From Christensenellaceae bacterium (GTDB lineage Bacteria; Bacillota; Clostridia; Christensenellales; CAG-138), in assembly GCA_022510765.1 (NCBI GenBank), contig JAFLSU010000004.1:3608-67607 (forward strand): DNA of 64,000 nt, in the 5' to 3' direction. The position numbers and the translations under genes were made by a program. Under the pieces are notes generated by a model. The model saw nothing but the letters and a program-made list of their open reading frames with translations, was not told the origin of the DNA and searched no databases. Shown here one piece after another: positions 18,129 to 27,954 of this stretch. Numbering within the stretch: position 1 is the stretch's first letter; each line of letters starts with the position of its first letter.

Positions 18129-19469
18129 ATGCGAAGATTCTTGTGTTTACTCGTGTGTGCTTTAATAGCCATCAGCTTTTGTTCATGTGTCCATGTAAGC
18201 GACACGGACAGCACGCCGATCCCCACGGTCGATGTTGATTTATCAAATACCGGAGAACCTTCGTCGATGGAGCCTTCGTCGATGGAACCCTCGTTAGAGA
18301 CGCATACGCCGGATCCGAACGGACCAACCGAAACGTCGTCATTGGATGGTACGGAGAACCCTGTGACCGATATTCCGACGCAGGTGTCTACTCCTACGCC
18401 CACGCCCACTCCTACGCCTGTTCCCACGCCGGTTCCGACCCCATATCGCAACCCGTATCCGACCGACCCGGGCGAAGCAAAGATCGCGGACGCGGGCAAG
18501 AAGTTTATGCAGAAGCTCACCTCAAAGGAGGATTATGCTGGCCTCAACCTCAAAGCGAGGTACGGCTATCCATACCTTATCTGCATCAACAAAGTGAGAA
18601 ACTGCATCACGGTATATTGTGTGGACGAGGAGGGCAAATACACACGCCCCTTCCTTTCCATGATATGCTCCGGCGGCAACGACACTCCGCTTGGCATCTA
18701 TAATACTCCCGCGAGGTATAGCTGGCATACGCTGATGGGGCCGTGCTACGGGCAGTACTGCACCAGGATCGTAGACGGCGTACTTTTCCACTCTGTACCC
18801 TATTACACGATGCATAAATATGACCTTCAGTATTACTCATACAATCGCTTAGGTTCGCTCGTATCCCATGGTTGCATACGCCTTGCGGTAAATGACGCAA
18901 AGTGGATATACGATAATTGTCCCATCGGAACCACGGTCGTCATTTATAACGACAGCTCAAGCGACGGCCCACTTGGAAGGCCGAAGCCCTTCAGGATCGA
19001 TACATCAAATATATATTTACGCGGCTGGGATCCCACCGATCCCGATCCCGCAAACCCCTGGGGCGACGAGCATCTCGCAGGAACGACCATACGTTCCCAG
19101 CTTGCGCAGGAGCAGTTCGATTATGCAATGGCGCATGGCACTTGGAACGGAAGCATAAACAGGCCCGAGGCGCCTACTCCGACACCTGTACCGACCCCGA
19201 CGCCTACCTTGACGCCAAAACCGACGCTTGAACCTACGCCGACGCTTGAACCGACACCTACTCTTGAGCCGTCGACCACGCCTGGGAATTCGGATTCACC
19301 GACGCACACACCGAGCGCTGGTCCATCGGAAACGCCGACGTCCACCCCAACGGGCGCTCCGATAACGCCAAGCCCATCGGCGGAGCCATCCGAGCCTCCG
19401 AAATCGGTTTCCGCTTTGATCCTGCGCCCCAAGGGACAATGGTGGGGACGAAACCGCTTCTTGGAATAA
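18129..19469 (+). CDS. L,D-transpeptidase (YkuD domain) lipoprotein with Pro/Thr-rich linkers
   Basis: AGGAGG SD. Lipobox-like LIAISFCSC. YkuD catalytic motif SHGCIRL. PT-rich tracts on both sides of the catalytic domain. Confidence 0.85.
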   Translation: MRRFLCLLVCALIAISFCSCVHVSDTDSTPIPTVDVDLSNTGEPSSMEPSSMEPSLETHTPDPNGPTETSSLDGTENPVTDIPTQVSTPTPTPTPTPVPTPVPTPYRNPYPTDPGEAKIADAGKKFMQKLTSKEDYAGLNLKARYGYPYLICINKVRNCITVYCVDEEGKYTRPFLSMICSGGNDTPLGIYNTPARYSWHTLMGPCYGQYCTRIVDGVLFHSVPYYTMHKYDLQYYSYNRLGSLVSHGCIRLAVNDAKWIYDNCPIGTTVVIYNDSSSDGPLGRPKPFRIDTSNIYLRGWDPTDPDPANPWGDEHLAGTTIRSQLAQEQFDYAMAHGTWNGSINRPEAPTPTPVPTPTPTLTPKPTLEPTPTLEPTPTLEPSTTPGNSDSPTHTPSAGPSETPTSTPTGAPITPSPSAEPSEPPKSVSALILRPKGQWWGRNRFLE

Positions 19470-19485
19470 CCCAAATATGAAGTAA

Positions 19486-19516
19486 AACCTGCTCGTGTAC
19501 GCATGAGCAGGTTTTA
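19486..19516 (+). terminator. Intrinsic terminator after the L,D-transpeptidase gene
   Basis: AACCTGCTC / GAGCAGGTT stem followed by TTTT. Confidence 0.65.
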
Positions 19517-19555
19517 GATTAGAACCACAGAAAGGAAGTTTTAAGGAGGACAGCT

Positions 19556-19870
19556 ATGAAGTATGTATTATGTGCCATTGTGATTTTATACGCTCTGCTA
19601 TCCATGGCTGCGGCTATCCATCAAATGAAAACGGAAAGGCGTATGGATACGCCGGTTGTGATGCTTTTCGGAGCGACGGCTTTGGTCGCTGCGGCGGTTT
19701 TACAGCTATTCACCTGGCAATATGACTGGATTATAGCCATCATAGGAGGTGCGATAATATGCATGGCAGCTTACCTGAACGGGAAAAGGGGCGGGAATTT
19801 CCATGCTTCGCATCATATAGTGAGGTTCGTCGTCACGGCGCTTTTTGTTGTAGGTTTTGTTGTATTGTAA
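19556..19870 (+). CDS. Small integral membrane protein, unknown function
   Basis: AAGGAGG SD. 104 aa with 3-4 hydrophobic helices. No family recognised. Confidence 0.5.
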   Translation: MKYVLCAIVILYALLSMAAAIHQMKTERRMDTPVVMLFGATALVAAAVLQLFTWQYDWIIAIIGGAIICMAAYLNGKRGGNFHASHHIVRFVVTALFVVGFVVL

Positions 19871-19940
19871 TGAACGATTTGATTTAATAATTAAACTGAT
19901 GTTTAATCGAAACAGTCCAATAGCAACACATCATGCTTTT

Positions 19941-20630
19941 TCACATGCGCTTTTCAGCGTCGGGAATGTATCTTTGTACGATGCGAAGGTATTCATTCAT
20001 GGTTTCATCGCTCGGCGCGGACAGATTGGGCTGGAGTATCTCGCCTGAGTCGACAAACTTCTGTAAGAAATAATGCTTTTCGCCTTTGAGCCAACGGCCG
20101 ATATATTCAAAATCGTCGGCGGAATGCAGCTCGTGAACGACGGTCGTGCGGAACTCATGCTCGATTCCGCAGGCTTTCAGTAATTCTACACTTTTTAATA
20201 TCGGTTCAATATTGAAATCGGGCATCCCCGCAAGCACGCCATAGCGCTCGGGTGAAGATTTGATGTCCATAGCAACATAATCGAGCTTTCCATTGCTAAT
20301 AAGCGCGGCAAGCCTTTCGTATTCGTATCCGTTCGTGTCCAATTTGACAAGATAGCCGAGATTATGACATTCGTCGATAAAACTTTCAATATCGGACTGC
20401 AACAGCGGTTCTCCGCCCGAGATGCATATGCCATCAAGCAGTCCACGCCGCTTTTTGAGCAAATCAAAAACATCCTCCACGGAGATGGAGGGGATGGAGG
20501 CGGAGCCGATGACTAGCTCCGAGTTCTGGCAGAACGGACATCTAAAATTGCATCCCCCAGTGAAGACCGTGCAGGCGACCCGCCCGGGGAAATCGAGCAG
20601 AGTGACCTTTTGAATTCCCTTGATTATCAT
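19941..20630 (-). CDS. nrdG: Anaerobic ribonucleoside-triphosphate reductase activating protein (radical SAM)
   Basis: Start chosen at MIIKGIQK (AAAGGA SD 8 nt upstream). CNFRCPFC radical-SAM cluster motif and GGEPLL. Length is typical of the clostridial NrdG type. Confidence 0.9.
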   Translation of the reverse strand: MIIKGIQKVTLLDFPGRVACTVFTGGCNFRCPFCQNSELVIGSASIPSISVEDVFDLLKKRRGLLDGICISGGEPLLQSDIESFIDECHNLGYLVKLDTNGYEYERLAALISNGKLDYVAMDIKSSPERYGVLAGMPDFNIEPILKSVELLKACGIEHEFRTTVVHELHSADDFEYIGRWLKGEKHYFLQKFVDSGEILQPNLSAPSDETMNEYLRIVQRYIPDAEKRM

Positions 20631-20731
20631 GAGATTCATCCTTTGAATATAACAATCGGTGTATTTACTGATCAATTATAGCTCGGATGCGCCCGGAAAC
20701 AAAAATATATTTTTAAATTGCAAAAAATTTC

Positions 20732-20760
20732 TTGACTAAAACCTTAAGTGGGTGTATCAT
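20732..20760 (+). promoter_or_regulatory. Candidate sigma-A promoter of the hrcA operon
   Basis: TTGACT-17 nt-TATCAT, immediately upstream of CIRCE. Confidence 0.55.
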
Positions 20761-20768
20761 AATAACTG

Positions 20769-20795
20769 TTAGCACTCGATGAGAATGAGTGCTAA
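20769..20795 (+). promoter_or_regulatory. CIRCE operator (HrcA binding site)
   Basis: Perfect TTAGCACTC-N9-GAGTGCTAA between the candidate promoter and hrcA. Confidence 0.92.
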
Positions 20796-20908
20796 CAAAC
20801 CAAGGGAGCGAATTTCCTGCGATGGGTAGTAAAACGTGAATTAATGCAAAGACTATCCAAAAGCATATTAAGTCCTTGGAAGGCTTCCGGAAAGGGGAGT
20901 GAGCTAAA

Positions 20909-21940
20909 ATGACACAGTTGCTTGATGTACGCAAGATGCGTATTCTCGAGGCGATAGTCGATGATTATATTCTGACAGCGTCGCCCGTCGGTTCACGCAC
21001 GCTTTCAAAGCGAAGCGACATAGAGCTTTCCCCCGCAACCATCCGGAATGAGATGAGCGACCTTACGGATCTGGGCTTTCTCGAGCAGCCGCATACCAGC
21101 GCGGGCAGGGTGCCGAGCGAAAAGGCATACAGGCTTTATGTAAACAGTATTATGGACAGAGCCAAGCTCACCGATGATGAGGCGGATTATATACGAAGAC
21201 ATCTCAATATTCGCGTCAATGAGGTCGGAGAGGTAATAAGGGAGACCGCGCGTATGCTTTCGGGCATCACCAACTATACCTCGGTCGTGCTGACACCGCA
21301 GATGAAGAATGCAAGGCTCAAGCATATAAGTCTCATACCCGTCACCGAGGGGAGCGCGCTTGCGGTCATCGTGACCAACTCCGGCGGCACCTCAAGCACC
21401 ATGCTCGACGTGCCAACGGGCGTTTCACCGCAGCAGCTTGAAAAGATCTCCTCACTGATGAATGAACGGCTTGTCGGATACAGACTGACCGACATTCAAG
21501 CGACTTTGCTTCCGATGCTGCGCGAGGAGGTAGGCGAACAGGCCGAAACCATCGAGGCGATGCTGCAAGGATTGAGCGAGGGCATCTCAAAGCAGGAGGT
21601 CGAGGTCGTAGGCGCTGCAAATATGCTCAATTATCCCGAGTACTCGGATGTTTCAAAAGCAAAATCCTTCCTTGCCGAGGTTGAAAAGGGCGATTACCTC
21701 AAGCAGGTTTTGGAGGATGAGGCAGGGGTTGAGATGACCGTCCGCATCGGAACCGAGAACGATAATCCCGAATTAAAGGACTGCTCGGTCGTTACCGTAA
21801 GCTACAAGGTAGGCAATGAGCAGGTCGGTTCCATGGGCGTAATAGGCCCCACAAGGATGGACTACGGCAAGGTAGTTGCGGTGCTTAAATGCATGAGCGA
21901 AAGCCTAAGCAAGGTTTTGAGCGATATGTTTAAAAAATAA
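20909..21940 (+). CDS. hrcA: Heat-inducible transcription repressor HrcA
   Basis: N-terminal wHTH (RILEAIVDDYILTASPVGSRTLS). CIRCE operator upstream. Followed by grpE-dnaK-dnaJ. Confidence 0.95.
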   Translation: MTQLLDVRKMRILEAIVDDYILTASPVGSRTLSKRSDIELSPATIRNEMSDLTDLGFLEQPHTSAGRVPSEKAYRLYVNSIMDRAKLTDDEADYIRRHLNIRVNEVGEVIRETARMLSGITNYTSVVLTPQMKNARLKHISLIPVTEGSALAVIVTNSGGTSSTMLDVPTGVSPQQLEKISSLMNERLVGYRLTDIQATLLPMLREEVGEQAETIEAMLQGLSEGISKQEVEVVGAANMLNYPEYSDVSKAKSFLAEVEKGDYLKQVLEDEAGVEMTVRIGTENDNPELKDCSVVTVSYKVGNEQVGSMGVIGPTRMDYGKVVAVLKCMSESLSKVLSDMFKK

Positions 21941-21987
21941 TTTATAAGTAATCTTCGCGGGATATACCGCGATTTACGGAGGCTGTA

Positions 21988-22611
21988 ATGGCGAAGGATA
22001 AGGAAAAGAAAAAATCGGATAAGAACCCGGAAAAGAACGCTGAAATGGCGGAAAAGCCCGATACCGCAGCGGCTGTCGAAGATGATAGTGAACGCGCCGA
22101 TGGGGCTGATGCTAAGAAGCAAGCCGCTGGCGCACCCGAGACGGTGACCCTTACCGCAGAAGAATTCGAGGCGGCGCGAGCTGAGATAGCCGCCATGAAA
22201 AAGAGCATGGACGATGCCATTCTCGATGCGCAGCGCATACAGGCGGAGTTCAATAATTTCCGCAAGCGCAATGCAAGCATCCGCGCTGAAAGCATGGATG
22301 ATGGCGTGCGCGAGACGATCAAAAATCTGCTTCCGGTGCTTGATAATTTTGAACGTGCGCTTGCAAACTGCGATGACACCCCGTTCACGAAGGGCATGAT
22401 GCAGATCAACAAGCAGCTCATCGACTGCCTTATTAAATGCGGACTTGAGGAGGTCGAAGCTGTGGGGATGTTCGATCCCAATATGCACGAGGCCGTCATG
22501 CGCGACGAGGAGGGCGATGTCGAAAGCGGAACCATCACAGCCGTACTCCAAAAGGGCTATCGCGTGAAAGGACGCATCATCCGTCACACGATGGTGAAGG
22601 TAAAGGCATGA
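21988..22611 (+). CDS. grpE: Nucleotide exchange factor GrpE
   Basis: Acidic N-terminus, coiled coil and C-terminal beta domain (FDPNMHEAV..GY). Conserved operon position. Confidence 0.95.
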   Translation: MAKDKEKKKSDKNPEKNAEMAEKPDTAAAVEDDSERADGADAKKQAAGAPETVTLTAEEFEAARAEIAAMKKSMDDAILDAQRIQAEFNNFRKRNASIRAESMDDGVRETIKNLLPVLDNFERALANCDDTPFTKGMMQINKQLIDCLIKCGLEEVEAVGMFDPNMHEAVMRDEEGDVESGTITAVLQKGYRVKGRIIRHTMVKVKA

Positions 22612-22699
22612 TAATTACCGAAAACTCCCCCATCGGGGGTTAACATAGATATTAAACAAATAAAAAACAGAAAGAAATTCAGCTAATTAGGAGGCTATT

Positions 22700-24565
22700 A
22701 TGTCAAAGATTATCGGTATTGACCTTGGTACCACCAATTCCTGCGTATCGGTTCTCGAGGGCGGCGAACCCGTTGTTATCGCAAACCCCGAGGGCTCAAG
22801 AACCACCCCTTCCGTCGTTGCATTCAAGGGCAGCGAGCGTATGGTAGGCCAAGTCGCAAAGCGTCAGGCCATCACAAACCCCGACAATACGGTAAGCTCA
22901 ATCAAGCGCGAGATGGGCAGCGATTATCGCCGCACCATCGAGGGCAAGGCTTACACTCCTCAGGAGATCTCAGCAATGATCCTGCAAAAGCTCAAGCAGG
23001 ACGCGGAAGCCTATCTCGGTGAAAAGGTGACCGATGCGGTCATCACCGTCCCCGCATATTTCAGCGACAGCCAGCGTCAGGCGACCAAGGACGCGGGCAA
23101 GATAGCGGGTCTCAACGTTCTTCGCATCATCAACGAACCCACCGCGGCTGCGCTTGCATATGGTATGGATAAGGAGACAAATCAGAAGATACTCATCTAC
23201 GACCTCGGCGGCGGCACCTTCGATGTCTCCATCCTTGAGATTGGCGACGGCGTATTTGAAGTTCTTGCAACTGCGGGCAACAACCGTCTCGGCGGCGACG
23301 ATTTCGATGAGCGTCTGATGAACTACATTGCGGACGAGTTCAAAAAGTCCCACGGCATCGACCTTCGCAGCGACAGAATGGCGAAGCAGAGGCTTAAGGA
23401 AGCCGCAGAAAAGGCAAAGATCGAGCTTTCCGGCATGGTCAGCGCGAACATCAATTTGCCGTTCATTTCGATGGACGCAAACGGCCCCGTTCATCTCGAT
23501 ATCAACGTCACGAGGGCTAAGTTCAACGAACTCATCTCCGACCTGCTCGATAAGACTAAGACTTGCGTGCAGCAGGCAATGCGTGATGCGGGACTCAAGA
23601 ATTCGCAGATAGATAAGGTCATCCTCGTCGGCGGTTCCACCAGAGTTCCTGCAGTTCAGGAGCTTGTTAAGAACCTGACGGGCAAGGAACCCTTCAAGGG
23701 CATCAACCCCGATGAATGCGTTGCTATCGGTGCTGCAATTCAGGGCGGCGTACTCGGCGGCGAGGTCAAGGACATCCTGCTGCTCGACGTTACCCCGTTG
23801 AGCCTTGGCATCGAGACCCTCGGCGGCGTGTTCACAAAGCTCATCGAGCGCAACACGACCATCCCGACCAAGAAGAGCCAGATATTCTCCACCGCCGCGG
23901 ACGGACAGACGAGCGTTGAGGTACATGTACTACAGGGCGAACGCGAATTTGCTCAGTATAATAAGACCCTCGGAAGATTCCAGCTCACGGGCATCGCTCC
24001 CGCACCGCGTGGCATCCCTCAGATAGAGGTCAGCTTCGATATCGATGCAAACGGCATCGTTCATGTATCCGCAAAGGATCTTGGTACGGGCAACGAGCAG
24101 AATATCACCATCACCGCTTCCACCAATCTCAGCGAAGCCGAAATCAATAAGGCGGTTGAGGAAGCCGAGCGCTTCGCAAACGAGGATAAGAAGCGCAAGG
24201 AGGAGGTCGAGATCCGCAACCATGCCGACAGCCTCGTCTATCAGACCGAAAAGACGCTGAAGGAAATGGATGATAAGATCGCGGAGGGCGATAAATCGAG
24301 GATCAATGCCGAGATCGAGAACGTCAAGAACGCGCTTTCGGGTACGGATGCGGAAAACATCAAGGCGGCGACCGAGAAGCTCACCGAGGTTTCCTACGAT
24401 GTATTTGGCAAGGTCTATCAGCAGGCTCAGCAGGACGCGCAGGCAAGCGGGCAGTATGATCCAGGCGCGGGAAATGCGGGCGCAGGCTTCAACGGCGGAA
24501 ACACGAACGCGGGACACGATGACGGCGTAGTGGATGCTGATTACGAAGTTGTTGACGATAAATAA
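22700..24565 (+). CDS. dnaK: Molecular chaperone DnaK (Hsp70)
   Basis: Hsp70 signatures [18 protein letters not shown] and [11 protein letters not shown]. 621 aa. Confidence 0.98.
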   Translation: MSKIIGIDLGTTNSCVSVLEGGEPVVIANPEGSRTTPSVVAFKGSERMVGQVAKRQAITNPDNTVSSIKREMGSDYRRTIEGKAYTPQEISAMILQKLKQDAEAYLGEKVTDAVITVPAYFSDSQRQATKDAGKIAGLNVLRIINEPTAAALAYGMDKETNQKILIYDLGGGTFDVSILEIGDGVFEVLATAGNNRLGGDDFDERLMNYIADEFKKSHGIDLRSDRMAKQRLKEAAEKAKIELSGMVSANINLPFISMDANGPVHLDINVTRAKFNELISDLLDKTKTCVQQAMRDAGLKNSQIDKVILVGGSTRVPAVQELVKNLTGKEPFKGINPDECVAIGAAIQGGVLGGEVKDILLLDVTPLSLGIETLGGVFTKLIERNTTIPTKKSQIFSTAADGQTSVEVHVLQGEREFAQYNKTLGRFQLTGIAPAPRGIPQIEVSFDIDANGIVHVSAKDLGTGNEQNITITASTNLSEAEINKAVEEAERFANEDKKRKEEVEIRNHADSLVYQTEKTLKEMDDKIAEGDKSRINAEIENVKNALSGTDAENIKAATEKLTEVSYDVFGKVYQQAQQDAQASGQYDPGAGNAGAGFNGGNTNAGHDDGVVDADYEVVDDK

Positions 24566-24698
24566 TCGATGCATCTGTGACCGACACAAGCATAATTTAG
24601 AAAGTATTTATCGGGGCGCAGCTTTTTGGCCGCGCCCCAAAAGGCTTCAAAAATATCCGCGTGACGCGGTGTATCAGTAATTGCATGGGGGAATCACC

Positions 24699-25850
24699 AT
24701 GGCGGATAAAAGAGATTATTACGAGATCCTCGGCGTATCAAAGACGGCGAGCGATGATGAGATAAAGTCTGCTTACAGAAAGCAGGCAAAGAAATACCAT
24801 CCCGACCTTAATCCCGGCGATAAGGAGGCGGAGGCAAGGTTCAAGGAGGTAAACGAGGCATACGAGGTCTTGTCCGATTCGGATAAGCGTTCAAAATACG
24901 ACCAATTCGGTCATGCCGCGTTCGATCCGTCTGCGGGCGGCTTCGGCGGCGGTGGCTACGGTTTCTCCGGAAGCGGCTTTACGGGCAGCTTCACGGGGTT
25001 TGATGATATACTCAATTCCATGTTCGGCGGCGGCTTTGGCGGCGGAGGCCGTACAAGCCGTGCTAACGCTCCTATGCAGGGCGATGATCTTCGCTATCAG
25101 CTTACGATCACCTTCGAGGAGGCAGCGTTCGGCTGCAAGAAGGAGATAACCTACAGGCATGATGAAAAATGCCCCACCTGCGGCGGTTCGGGCGCAAAGC
25201 CGGGTACGCAAACTAAGACCTGCCCCCATTGCAACGGCAGCGGACAGGTGCGCGTTCAGCAAAGCGGCCTGCTCGGCATGATGACGAGCGTTCGCACCTG
25301 CGATGTCTGTGGCGGTACGGGAAAGGTCATCGAGAGTCCGTGCGACCAATGCCGTGGCAAGGGGAGAGTGAGCAATTCACTCAAGGTATCGGTGAACATC
25401 CCCGCAGGCATCGATGACGGACAGACGATACGTCTTGGCGGAAAGGGTGACGCGGGCTATAACGGCGGCCCTGCGGGCGACCTGCTCGTTACGGTTCGCG
25501 TTAAGAATCATAAACAGTTCATAAGGGAAGGCTATAACCTCTATCTCAACCTTAATATACCCGTCACCAAGGCGGTTTTGGGCGGAGATGTGAAGGTTCC
25601 AACGCTCGATGGCGAAGTGAAGTATACGATTCCGGAAGGAACGCAGAGCGGCACGACCTTCCGTCTGCGCGACCAGGGAATCCAAAAACTCCAACAGCAG
25701 GGCAAGGGTGATCTGTACGTCAATGTTACGGTCGAGATTCCCAAGCACCTTACCGATGAGCAGCGCAGCCTGTTTGAGCAGCTTGCGGAAAGCATGGGCG
25801 AGGGCGGCTCCGTTACCAGAAAGAAAAAGGGCAAGAAGAAAATATTTTAG
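24699..25850 (+). CDS. dnaJ: Molecular chaperone DnaJ
   Basis: ATG at 24699. J domain with HPD, G/F-rich linker and four CxxCxGxG zinc-finger repeats. Confidence 0.97.
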   Translation: MADKRDYYEILGVSKTASDDEIKSAYRKQAKKYHPDLNPGDKEAEARFKEVNEAYEVLSDSDKRSKYDQFGHAAFDPSAGGFGGGGYGFSGSGFTGSFTGFDDILNSMFGGGFGGGGRTSRANAPMQGDDLRYQLTITFEEAAFGCKKEITYRHDEKCPTCGGSGAKPGTQTKTCPHCNGSGQVRVQQSGLLGMMTSVRTCDVCGGTGKVIESPCDQCRGKGRVSNSLKVSVNIPAGIDDGQTIRLGGKGDAGYNGGPAGDLLVTVRVKNHKQFIREGYNLYLNLNIPVTKAVLGGDVKVPTLDGEVKYTIPEGTQSGTTFRLRDQGIQKLQQQGKGDLYVNVTVEIPKHLTDEQRSLFEQLAESMGEGGSVTRKKKGKKKIF

Positions 25851-25890
25851 CCGGATCAAGAAAAGAAGTTAGTATTATTTTGACAGAACA

Positions 25891-25992
25891 GGGATTTTTA
25901 AAAAGGTTTTTAAAAATCCCTCTCAAAAGTTTTAGAGGGTCTGGGAACCTTTTTCAAAAGGTTCCCGGTGGGGTTTGGGGCCAAGCCCCAAG
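25891..25992 (+). repeat. Nested-hairpin intergenic repeat, family B, copy 2
   Basis: CCCTCTCAAAAGTTTTAGAGGG, GGGAACCTTTTTCAAAAGGTTCCC and TGGGGTTTGGGG. Four consecutive hairpins after dnaJ. Confidence 0.6.
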
Positions 25993-26015
25993 AAAAATAA
26001 GGAATAATTATACCT

Positions 26016-26699
26016 ATGAAAAAAATCGGAATGATAGTTGCCGTGGAAATAGACGCGGTGCTTAAAAAATACGGTGGTTCGATAGAACGCCTTGACTATA
26101 CCACATTCGACGTTAAAAAATACAGGGCGGACGGGTATGAGCTTTACATTGTAAGCTGCGGAGCGGGCGAGATCGCGGCAGCGGCAGCGGCGCAGTTCCT
26201 TATCTCAGAGCTAAAGGTCGACATGGTCGTGAATTTCGGCGTTGTCGGCGGATTGACGCCCGAGATGGCTGTCGCAAAGCTGTGCGTGGTCGAGAGCGTC
26301 GTGCATTATGATTTCGACATATCCGAATGCGACGATTGTGAGCCTGCCCGGTATTCGAACTATCCGTCAATTTATATCCCGACCGCGTCGGAGCTGGTCG
26401 ATGCGGCGGTTAAGATTGAACCCTCTCTCAAGCGCGTCATATGCGCTTCGGGCGATAAATTCGTAGCAAGCGGCGAGAAAAAACGTGCGATGCACACTGC
26501 CTACGGCGCGGATATTTGCGAGATGGAAGCGGCGGGCATTGCGCTCACCTGTAATAGAAACGGCGTTCCCTTCCTGATGATAAAGGCCGTTTCCGACGCG
26601 ATGGACGGCGGCGCGGGCGAGTTCACGCGGGAGCTGAACAGATGCGCCGATATTTGCATCAACGCCATGGATAAAATCATTGAAGGACTGCCCGAATGA
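26016..26699 (+). CDS. PNP_UDP_1-family nucleosidase (MTA/SAH nucleosidase-like)
   Basis: 227 aa. MKKIGMIVA N-terminus, SGDKFV and CEMEAAGIA motifs resembling MtnN/Pfs. Confidence 0.7.
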   Translation: MKKIGMIVAVEIDAVLKKYGGSIERLDYTTFDVKKYRADGYELYIVSCGAGEIAAAAAAQFLISELKVDMVVNFGVVGGLTPEMAVAKLCVVESVVHYDFDISECDDCEPARYSNYPSIYIPTASELVDAAVKIEPSLKRVICASGDKFVASGEKKRAMHTAYGADICEMEAAGIALTCNRNGVPFLMIKAVSDAMDGGAGEFTRELNRCADICINAMDKIIEGLPE

Positions 26700-26760
26700 G
26701 GAATGCAAAAGTCAATTCGTACAATTATTTAATGCAATAAATTAAAAATAGTATTCAAAA

Positions 26761-26830
26761 CTGCTCTGCTGTCTCGAAAGACCGCAGAGCAGTTTTCTAT
26801 GCAGATGCAAGTGCTTTTGATTCAGACAGT
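26761..26830 (+). repeat. Direct repeat R1 (terminator hairpin plus about 40 bp) on the left flank of the low-GC islet
   Basis: CTGCTCTGCTGTCTCGAAAGACCGCAGAGCAGTTTTCTATGCAGATGCAAG..TGCTTTTGA. The hairpin plus T-run also serves as the terminator after the nucleosidase gene. Confidence 0.7.
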
Positions 26831-27096
26831 ACGATCCAATTAGAATAATAAAGCGATGCGTATTTTTCTGTGGTGCGACTAAAAATCATATATTTTTTCA
26901 CCTGTGCAACCTTTTAGGTATTTCAAAGGTATTACATGTAAGAAGCTGGGAAAAGCTGAATTATTTCAGGAAAGGGGAGCGAGGAACGGATTCAGATAAT
27001 ATGTGGCCGAGCCACTGCAACTGCATAATGCATATTCCGTGCAGATAGACGGCTCGAATCAAGGAAGCTAAAATATTTGTAAAAGAAAGGAAAGTG

Positions 27097-27945
27097 ATGT
27101 ATGTGAAATCAACAAGCACGGTCTGCACTTATGTACGCAAAGTTCGCTACTTTGCACGAGAGCTGCATTTTTTAGCGTTTGCGCTTTCGCTTGCCGCATG
27201 CTTCTTGCTATGCGGCTGCCTGAAGACACCGCCCGTGTCCCCGCATGGGCAATCCATCCCTGCGGACACGCAGTTGCCCAATCATGACGAGTATTACGAT
27301 CAGCCAATGCGTTGGACGAGCATAAGCTGGGACGGAGTACCTGACTCTCTGCTGGAACGTTATGAAAAGGCGGATTATGCAGCCATTGCGGAGGTGCAGA
27401 TAGGCAGGTATCAGCGTTGTTACGGCGGCATGTCGATTTTTACTGCGACAGTCAATAAGGTGTATGACGTTGTGGACAAGGAGAATGCGCCGCTTGAAGG
27501 TGATGTAATAATGCTCATGCAGTCGACATCTCCAAAGTCCGCAGTGGAAGGACACCCGCTGTACAGCGAGGGAACGACCTATATCTTTCTCCTTCGCTAT
27601 GCGGATGAAAAGTATTATCAGGCATGGGACGATAATGACGAGACATGCGCATTAAGAAACGATTACCCGGAGCTCTACTTATCGAGCAATTTGGGTGTCG
27701 ATGTGCTGAGGATAATTGAATATAACGATATGGAATATGTGTATGTGTCGGGATTCAACAATGAAAAGCTAACGCCTGAGGAGCATTTCCTCGTGGGATT
27801 TGACCTTGAGATGGTCGACGATGTGACAACCGAGGCAGTGATCGAACATGAATTCGGCGAAGGTAGATGCGGAGAATTTGATGTTCTATACCTATACGAG
27901 GATTTTGCAAACAAAATGAACGAACTATTTAAAAACGAAAGGTGA
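27097..27945 (+). CDS. Hypothetical lipoprotein
   Basis: SD AAAGGAAAG. Lipobox LLCGC. No family recognised. The ORF track starts it at 27094 (GTG). Confidence 0.6.
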   Translation: MYVKSTSTVCTYVRKVRYFARELHFLAFALSLAACFLLCGCLKTPPVSPHGQSIPADTQLPNHDEYYDQPMRWTSISWDGVPDSLLERYEKADYAAIAEVQIGRYQRCYGGMSIFTATVNKVYDVVDKENAPLEGDVIMLMQSTSPKSAVEGHPLYSEGTTYIFLLRYADEKYYQAWDDNDETCALRNDYPELYLSSNLGVDVLRIIEYNDMEYVYVSGFNNEKLTPEEHFLVGFDLEMVDDVTTEAVIEHEFGEGRCGEFDVLYLYEDFANKMNELFKNER

Positions 27946-27954
27946 GGTTATGCT

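Noticed and set aside
22970-23926. A 318-aa ORF antisense to dnaK. Similar long antisense ORFs are 59281..60294 (opposite rpoD), 21862..22587 (grpE), 35909..36727 (histidine kinase), 45604..46671 (capsid), 42279..42896 (lysin), 60774..61385 (metG), 5113..5745 (glgB) and 2167..2859 (jag/mnmE).
   Set aside because: Each lies entirely opposite a gene with unmistakable family motifs. Each has an Arg/Ala/Leu-biased composition typical of antisense frames in GC-rich DNA, and none has a convincing SD or family resemblance.
24613-24638. The GGGGCGC/GCGCCCC hairpin between dnaK and dnaJ, considered as an operon terminator.
   Set aside because: No U-tract follows it on the + strand. It is more likely a partial attenuator or stabilising hairpin within the hrcA-grpE-dnaK-dnaJ operon, so it is not listed as a terminator.
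25865-25880. The sequence GAAGTTAGTATTATTTT after dnaJ, considered as a solo terminal repeat of the family-A MITE.
   Set aside because: Only about 10 nt match the terminal repeat, which is too short to tell from chance.
26016-26699. The PNP-family nucleosidase, considered as a possible effector of a nucleotide-depleting defence system.
   Set aside because: It is a stand-alone 227-aa MtnN-like protein with backbone-like G+C, lying directly after dnaJ. It has no associated sensor or signalling genes, so a housekeeping role is the simpler reading.
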